From: Gordius albopunctatus
Lineage: Eukaryota
Direction of reading: 5' to 3'
Assembly: GCA_964276515.1 (NCBI GenBank)
Contig: OZ193909.1
Location: forward strand, 21,390,001 to 21,454,000
Length of the DNA: 64,000 nt
The notes beneath the pieces were generated by a model that was given only the letters and a program-made list of their open reading frames with translations, did not search any database and had not been told where the DNA came from. Shown in pieces: positions 55,586 through 64,000 of this stretch. The number at the start of each line of letters is the position of its first letter. Positions within the stretch are counted from its first letter, which is position 1. Both the position numbers and the translations under genes were made by a program.

Positions 55586-57495
55586 AAGTGCTGTAAATGA
55601 AGGCGTTCAAATTTTATGAACACGTTCATGAACGGCGTTCTTTTATTTTTTGGTGAACGTGAACGCGTTCCTTTTTTTGATGAACGCGTTCGAATTTAAC
55701 GTTCGTTCAATTTTAAAAACCCTTTTTTATTTTTATTTATTTGAAAATTAATGTTAATCCGAATTTTTAATAAAAAGTCTTATATTTTTTAATCAGCTGT
55801 TTTTTCTGTTTCCTATTACCAATTCCAAAATACTTTTAACATAGTATAATGTGCAAAAGAAGATAAGATTAAAGTTAATTAATTCGATATTATTAATTAT
55901 AGTTTAATTTATAGGTTAATATGGACAATCATAATATTATATCGTCGTCATCTTCAGATTCTGAATATTCAAAATCAGCAGATAAATTGAAATTGCCATG
56001 GCCAAAATATGAAAAATATTTTTCACTCGTTTCATATAAAGGATCGAATTCAATAATTACCAAATAAAATGTGTCCATAAAGTATTATCTCTGTATCAAG
56101 GAGCTCAAGCTCAAATCTAAAAAGACACCTTATGGTAATATTATTATTATTTTTTTTTTAATTAAAATGCTTTTATTCGCTGAAATTGGTACATGAAATA
56201 TACAATAAACGAGCTTAAAATAATATTATAATTATATATCTTAGATACAAATTTTAATACCTTTTTCAAATATAAAGTACTTGTATTTTTTGTTAAATTA
56301 TAGTATCTTAAATAAAAAATACTTTTAGATTATCATTTAATTACCAATTCAATATATGAAAAGTTTAAAAAATAAGAACATGACATTCCTATAATAAGAA
56401 GGATTAGTTACAACAATAATTAAGAAAATACTTGATGATTAGTCAAATATAATAAGACACTTTAATATTAATTTGAAAAAGGATGTGACATGGGAGGATT
56501 AGCTAGGCCAATGATAAAATATTTTTGGAAGAATACTGTACTGTAAGTCCTAATAAAACTATTTAGGTTAAATATTATAATAAATTTTAAATATTAAAAT
56601 AGATCATGGAACCTGTTGCTACCGTTCTCACTATTTTAGAAATTGAAGAAAATATGCATTTAGGCTATTTGACCCCAACAATAACAATAGTTATTTTGAA
56701 ATTTAAAAAAATTACTAGCCTAAACTATGGTCAACCATTGATTGACGATGTATTAAATGGGATTAATAAAAGTAATAAACCTATTATACTATCAAATTTA
56801 TTACATATATTTTCGTTTTTTAAGATCAATATCTTTTCTCGGCCATTATATATCCAATGTTAAAGCTTCAATGGCCATGGATTAAACTTCGAGAAAATGA
56901 ACCTTTAAAGAATAAACTTTTAGTGTTATTTAAAAAGGTATTGGACCGCTAGAATTGATAACGAAAGAGCTGTCAATTCCGAGATATCATTTTTTTGACC
57001 AGGAAATAGAGGGCGGATTTGAGGATGATATCTTGTCGCAATTATTTGAAGCGAGGGACAAAACATTAAATGTTTTTAATAAATTTCCTATTTTAAAATT
57101 TTTTTTATTTAAGTATAATACTCCAATCCCCTCATCTGCCCCTGCGGAGCGGGTTTTTAGTATAGCTAATGCTGTATTAACTACCAAACGTTCGTGCTTA
57201 TCAGACGACAATTTTGAAAAACAATTATTATTAAAAATCAATAAGAAAATAGATTATATTGATTTTTAATTATATTGTCGAAATAAAACTATTATTTTTT
57301 ATCATGGCTATTTATTGTATTAAAAAATATAAGACATTTATTTATATTAAATTAAATTTTAAAAATATTTATCAAAAAATTTTGAACGAACGTGAATGCG
57401 TTCCTTTTTTTAAACGAACATGAACGCGAACGCGTTTGATTTTTGTCAATAAACGTTGAACGCGTTCGATTTTTTTACAAATGTTTACAGCACTA
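55586..57495 (+). mobile_element. hAT DNA transposon with deleted, decayed transposase
   Basis: TIRs (A)AGTGCTGTAAA / TTTACAGCACTA; 8-bp TSD GACTGAAG/GACTGATG. BED-finger relic (PWPKYEKYF..SSSNLKRHL) and hAT dimerisation domain (KYNTPIPSSAPAERVFS..KRSCLSDDNFEKQLLLKIN). Confidence 0.92.
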
Positions 57496-57503
57496 GACTG
57501 ATG

Positions 57504-59325
57504 CGAAGATTTGAAAGAAATCACGGTGGTCGGAGTTACGGCCTAAGAAATGAAGGAGGTACGAAAATTCTGGAAATTGCTCAAGCTTTTTACCTAGCAA
57601 TAAGGAATACCTTCTTCAAAAAGAGACAGGAACATTTTATAACGTACAAAAGCGGCAGCCGAACCACTCAGATAGATTTCATTCTAGTCAGCAGAGCGCA
57701 CTTAATGTATTTTCAAAATGTTAAGGTAATACCGAGTGAAATATTGGCCTGCCAACACAACTGTTGGTGATGGACTTTATATTAAAATGCCTTAAAGGGC
57801 AAAAAGTTCAAAGAGTAGCCGCTACTATACAATGGAGGAAACTAAAGGATAATATTCAACATTTTCAGGAACAAGTAATTAAACATGCTGAATTTTAGGA
57901 TCAATGGAATGGTATAGCTGCCACGATGCGAAAAGTGGGACGACAAATACTAGGTGAAAGCAAGCCCACTTTTATATTTGTAACTTCTCCTTTTATTTAA
58001 GTATACAAATAATATAACATAATATTGGCCAAATTTGCGTTATGATATAAAATAAACAAATATTGATCCGCGAATGATCTTCAGAATTAAAATGTATGTG
58101 CTGGACGATGCCCTGGGTAAAATTTCCTTGAAACCAATAGTCCAGTGAAAGTATTGCGTTGGGAAGATGTTTGATTTTTCGAACAGCTACTAGGTGTAGA
58201 GAAATGGTTTATGCTATATGCAGATGATATAGTACTATGCGAAGAAACAAAGGCGATACTAGTATTCGAAGAAGCCGAAAAGTGATCAAATGCTTAGCTG
58301 GATATGTTTAAAGGTCAACAATCAAAAAAAGGTATATTTGGAAATGAACGTTACAGAAATACCCAAAAGTACAAAGGTTAATATACCTTGGCTCGATACT
58401 ACATCAAGAGGGAAGTTGCGCAACAGAAGTGTAACGTTCTTAATGATAGTTACTTTGTTTTATTCAAACGCCGATATTATATAACTGTGGAACAAAAATA
58501 CAAGACTCCTTTTTATGTTGCGTACACATTGCGTTTATATATTAGATAAAATACATAATCATTATTATTGGAAAAATTGATAATATTCTTGGAAGATTTA
58601 ATTAATCGATGCGCATCCATGAAGCACGATTATTATTCTGGGAAGATTTAAATATCTCTACGATCTTCTGAGAAGATCATAATAAATCGATAAGTTCCAA
58701 GGAAGATCTGTCAATCGACGTCATAGCGTGCGATCTTCTAGGAAAAGAAATTCATATGTGTGATTGCTTATTTCTGCTGATGTCACTACAGAAGTCAATC
58801 CCCAGATCCAAAAATAAGGCTTATGCTAAAGTATCTCCGGTGTAATGTGCTACAAGAAAATGCCAATATAATTGAAATGCAAAGTTTTCAAATCCATTGT
58901 GAGACTAGTTTTACTCTGTAGAAGTGAAACATTTGCATTAGAAACCACGAAAGAAAAGCTATTACAAGCCACAGAGATGAGAATGATACAGTGAAGCGTA
59001 GAGTATACTAAGCTCGATTATATGACAAATGACCTTCTCATGACAAAAATCCAAAGGGGGACATGATTAACAAAAAATCCTAGGTGTTATGGGCTATACT
59101 AAGAAGGGACACAAATAACGTAAATTTAAAAGTACCGGACATGGAGGTACCGGAAAAGAGAGTAAGAGGACGATCTCGTGTCACGTGGAGAGAGCAAGTC
59201 GATAAAGTTATGAAAACCAAATAGATTAGTAAAAACATGTCACTCACTTGGTCAAGATGGGAAAAACTGATTAAAACAAACCCCACGTCTGTGGGACCAA
59301 ATAACTAATCAAGAAGATGAAGATA
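57504..59325 (+). mobile_element. Decayed RTE-clade LINE (endonuclease and RT fragments)
   Basis: HGGRSYGLRNEGG..NTFFKK..ITYKSGSRTTQIDFIL, MLYADDIVL, KYLGSIL, the RT C-terminus, and a GAAGATGAAGA tail. Confidence 0.85.
58430..58790 (-). mobile_element. Solo LTR (361 bp) related to the 20062 element LTR, inserted in the RTE
   Basis: Minus strand TGTAGTGAC...TTACA with 4-bp TSD GAAG. Shares CTTCATGGA.GCGCATCGAT and ATTATC.ATTTTTCCAATAAT with LTR 20062-20370. Confidence 0.85.
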
Positions 59326-59750
59326 GAGCTTATGAAATCTAACTCAAACTATATTTGTATTTATTTAATAAATCACACATTCTCTATAGAATTGAAGCCT
59401 TTTTATAGCAATTTTTTACGCCAAGTTTAAATCTAGATCAAAAATAAATTTTCATCAATTTTTTAATAATCATTTATACATAGCCACTCAAGGGATTATT
59501 TGAATATATTAAAAAGGTACTCTACAAGTGGATCGGCATTTAACTATAGCTAAATTTGTTTTAAATTTTAACATTAGTCAGCAATTATTTGAACATGTAT
59601 CAAACACAAAAATTAATATTTTGTTACACTCAAATAGTATTTATAGACTGCTGATGCACGATTTTATATTTTATCATGGTCTGGCGTAAGATTTTGTAAG
59701 ATCCATTTCAATCACAAGATGCGCATAATTTTACATATTTTACAGATACA

Positions 59751-60875
59751 CTATTTTTCATAACCTCCATCGTAAGGCTCCCTTTCCAATGATTTTTCAT
59801 ATAAGGAGGCTTCATAAGAAGTAGACATGTGGTAAGACGGTGAATACGCATGTTTTTCATAATATTTACTATAATCTTTTTCATAATTTTTCGCTTTTTC
59901 GTAATTGTAACTATCATCGTAGCCACTATCAAGACCTGTACCATCTTCACCTATGGATTCTGGATAAAAGATAGAATCGGGATATGAATAATAGGGATCA
60001 TTTTCAATGTTTGGTGATATGGATTCCATGTAGTGATAGCTATATTTGTAGTCGAATTCAAAATCGAAATCATAGTATTCCCGGTAATAGTAATTGATGT
60101 ACATTTTAGTCATCTTCCTTAAGCTATATTTACCCAGTACTTCGTCTTGCGGTAGCTTTTTCAGCAACTTTAGCACTAACCACAACCCTTTCTTGTCAGG
60201 AATGTATGGATTTGGTAGTTCCAACTTATATTTCCATGGCATATGCTTGCGTGGATCTTGAGCTTATGATAATTATCAAAATAGTTTAACATTGCAGATA
60301 TCAAATTATCACGCAACATCTTATGAACACTTAAATAGGATAGTGAGCTTAATTAAAGCTTATGATAAAATATGCAAAGGGTGAAATGAGCATTAAAATA
60401 TTCTTTTATGCCAAATTATGCATAATGTGTTTTTGTTAATATCGCTGATTAAAGATTCGCAACCAGTTACCTAATTACTTCATGTCTAAGAGGGAATTAC
60501 CAATATTTTAATTAAAAAATGATTTGTATATTTAATGTTGAATGCTATCTGTTGCTACTTACAGTATTTGTCGTATTTTTTTTATTGAAATCGCCATTCC
60601 TATTAAAAGCGCAATCGCAAAAAAACCAATTGCCAAATATCTAATAGGGATATGATGTAAGGGTACTCCTGGTTTAACTGCTATGACAGTTTTGCAATGA
60701 CCTAGAAACATCAAGTTATTAAATTTATAAGACTTATAATTTAACTTAAGGTTATTATTAAACTTTCTCTATATAAATCGGTTAAATAGGTGTACAAATA
60801 TTTACTTTGTGATGGTATCCCGTTATCTGACATTTTAATGGAGAATTTTACGTTCAACAATTTTTTAGTTTTTTC
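59751..60875 (-). CDS. Putative membrane protein 3' end: cadherin-like repeat end, TM segment and Tyr/acidic-rich ORF
   Basis: Exon about 60806-60875 (..FSIKMSDNGIPSQ) splices in phase to about 60563-60701 (SHCKTVIAVK..IRYLAIGFFAIALLIGMAISIKKIRQ). A 163-aa Tyr-rich ORF lies at 59751-60242, but I could not join it in phase. Confidence 0.45.
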
Positions 60876-61946
60876 CTAGTCGTCCAGATTATGTCATTAA
60901 TGAGGTCAAAGGTACAAAAAATGGTCTTTTTAACTTTTTTATGCTATATTTCCACGCCGTTTTAAATTTTTATTTAATACTTATATAATTATTTAGACCA
61001 TTTATTGGTCTATAGTATTATAATTTTATTCTTTTGTTTCACCCTTACTCATAGTTTTATCCATATTTATGCGAACTTTCGTCCCAGAATTAAATTCGTT
61101 CCATTATCTCGGAAATCAGAGTACATTAGAGTACTAAGTAATGCTATGTTTACTAACAACATCCCTCTCTCCCCTCAAATACTCCTTTCTCTTTCTCCCC
61201 TCCCTTTTTTCTTATCTCCTGGCTTTAATCCCGCCCTCATCTAACGCGACTGCTAAGGCTAAGCATATTTCGTTCTGCTCAAAAATTTGCAACGTTTCCT
61301 TCGTATAATATTGAGTATATATGTTGTTGTGGTTTTTATTAAATTTAACTTTTTGTAATAAAATACAATATGGTTTCAAGAAGATAGCCATCCTATTAGT
61401 TTTGCTATCAGTTTCGATCCCCCTTCACATATTTTTAAACAATTATAGCAATACCAGACGACTTGGGGAAAAACTAAAAACATATTATTGTTCAGAGTAA
61501 AGTTCTTTATCAGAAAGATTTGTCAGACTGCGGAATATTTTATCTTGTAGATCTGTTATGTGAAATTTCTTAATATTAATATCAAATTAATTGACAATTT
61601 AAAAAGTTAGCTTTATCAATAGACTAGATAGACTGCTCATGCTATATGTTGCATATGGTTAATTGTGTTTCAAATCTTTCTCCATCTTGAAGTGAGCAAC
61701 TGGTGTATTTTAACCATGTAATTTTGCCCTCTAACAGTCAATTTACCTTCCTCACTAGTTTATAAATGAAAAGGAACGTCACTAAACTAATATTATATAA
61801 AATATTGATGGCGCTAGATTAATTAACAAACTTTAATCGCAGTTTTTGTAATATATAGCTTAATTTGTAATATATGTTTTATATATACCATGTGGATTAA
61901 AATATTTAATTAGTTTTTGATTTAAAACATATGTGAATTAGTATAT

Positions 61947-64000
61947 TGGCGCGGTCTAGGAAAAAACCTATTCTGAAAATGGAGACCGTGGGAATACCTA
62001 ATTCAAAACAAGGTGATAATATTTCAATATACATAATAACTATCGCTAATATTTTTGAGGCTAAAAATATGCCTAAAGCTACTCGATGCAAAATCATATT
62101 GGGATACATGGGTCAAAAGAATATTGAAACTTTAATAAATTTCCTATACCCTTAAGATATATCCTTGCTTAAATATGAGGACTTGATAAAATTAATTAAA
62201 AAGGTATATAAACAAAAATGTACAATTTTCCATTCTAGATTACAATTTATGAGATGTCTTAAAAGAAATGATGAAACTCTGATTGAGTATGTAACAAGAT
62301 TAAAATCATCTGCAAAAAATTGTGACTTCAGAACTAATTTAGATGAACGGCTCCGTGAGCAACTCTTAAATGGGTATCGAAATCTATCATTGGAAATTGG
62401 TGTCAGTACAAGATGTCCTGAAGCTTTAAAGAAAGAGGGTGAGGTGGTAACATTTAATGATATATACAATCTAGCTGAATCATTGGAGACAGCTAATAAA
62501 GAAGTAAACACATCACAAGATTTAAACAAAATTCAAAATTATAAAATAAAATCCAATGTACTCAAATCAAAAGAATAGGCAATCAATAAAACAATTTGCT
62601 ACAAAGAAAGATGAACATCAACAATCATTCATAAGAAATTGCTATAGATGTGGTAAGTCACATGCAATGCAGCAATGTCCAGCATTTTTAAAAGAATGTT
62701 CCATATGTCATCATAGAGGAAACTTTGCAAAAATGTGCAAAACCTCAAACAAAGTAAACCAGATTATTAATACAAATGGGAAAATTTATGACTTAAATAA
62801 TGTAACTCACCTAAAACCATACATCCATATAAGGATAAATCAGAAAATTTTCAAAATGTTATATGATACTGGCTCATCAGTATCCGTAATCAACAAGAAT
62901 ATCTACAACATTTTAAATACACATAAATTAACACCATGCCCCAAGATAAAAGCTTTTGGAAATAATCCAGTTCCTACATGAGGAGAAACACAAGTCTGTG
63001 TAAATTGAAACAATAAAACTTCAAAATTAACAGATATTGTAACAACTGTAGAAGAAGAACCCATATTTGGTTTAAATTGGATTCCAGCTTTTAACCTAAA
63101 ACTCCCTCATCAAGTTAAGATTAATGCTATAGAAGAAAAACCTCAAAACATAGAAGAGGAATTGGTTGAAAAGTATACCAATGTGTTCAGTGATGGCACT
63201 GGCTGTATTAAAGATTATGAGGTAAATTCTTCTGTAGAGTTCCTTTTCCACTAAGGAAGAAAGTTGAAGAGGAAATTAAAAGATTATTGGACGAAGATAT
63301 AATTTAACATGTTGATCCTGCAGCAACACCAATAACATGGGCAACTCCAATAGTAAATGTATTAAAATAAAATAATTCCATTAGAATCTGCGGCGATTTT
63401 CGAGTTACTATCAATCCCTTCCTAACTTTAAACAACCATCTACTTCCCATATTTGACGATTTAATTCTGAAGATCGCAGGAGGGCAGAAATATACAGTAA
63501 TTGACTTACGTGATGCCTATATTCAGATGAAGGTCGAAGAAAAGTCGCGACATTATCTCACTATCGTAACACATTTAGGTTGTTATCGATATAAACGTCT
63601 TCCATTTGGACCTTCGATAGCACCAAATTTATTCCAACGTTATATGGAGGAATTATTAGATGGGATTTTTCATACCGGCGTACTTCTAGAAGATATCATA
63701 GTTACAGGGGTAAATGAAAATGACCACCTGCAAAATCTGAACGAAGTGCTAAAGAGGGTACAGGACGCTGGTCTAAAAGCAAAGAAGGAAAAGGTTAAAT
63801 TTTTTCAAAATTCAGTTAAATACTTGGGACATGTGATCGATGCAGCAGGGATCCACCCGACTCAAGAGCGAGTGGAAGCCATTGTTAATTTAAAAGAACC
63901 ACAAAACAAAAAAGAACTACGTTCCTTTTTAGGCAAGTTAATTTATCAGGAAAGGTTCATCCCAATGCTACACAAAAAATGCGCACCCTTGCATGCATCG
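61947..64000 (+). mobile_element. Mag-like Ty3/Gypsy gag-pol, degenerate, runs off the window
   Basis: PBS-like TGGCGCGGTCTAGG; gag EYVTRLKSSAKNCDF; paired knuckles CYRCGKSH..C and CSICHHRGNFAKMC; YDTGS protease; RT ICGDFRVTIN, IDLRDAY, RLPFG, YLGH; multiple stops. Confidence 0.9.

Overview
AT-rich animal (invertebrate-like) nuclear DNA read with the standard code. It has spliceosomal genes and a very heavy transposon load; I found no prokaryotic features, rRNA or CRISPR. Gene models spliced by hand: DRP1/DNM1L (minus, 18 exons, 5589-19694); an orphan gene nested antisense in its 4.5-kb intron that starts MGCVSSK (6977-9427); a Cys-rich CPxGxYC-repeat gene (plus, ending 5051); UBE2N/Ubc13 (28049-28709); a CRELD2-like ER protein ending KEEL (37575-42276); SOSS-B/NABP (minus, about 42501-44180); and a tentative cadherin-like/Tyr-rich 3' end (about 59751-60875). 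Mobile DNA: two decayed CsRn1-type Ty3/Gypsy elements, Mag-like Gypsy remnants, two solo LTRs with TSDs, RTE LINE fragments, a Helitron Rep relic, two intron-containing MULE transposase relics, two hAT copies and several MITE families with 8-bp TSDs. Most interesting signals: the nested orphan with a predicted lipid anchor; 36-43 nt introns plus CpG-poor 5' gene zones that switch to CpG-rich 3' exons; a young LTR placing CRE/ETS motifs about 370 bp upstream of the DRP1 ATG; and a hairpin-within-foldback in a CRELD intron. I cannot demonstrate a wholly new biological system from sequence alone. All coordinates were read manually and may be off by a few bases.
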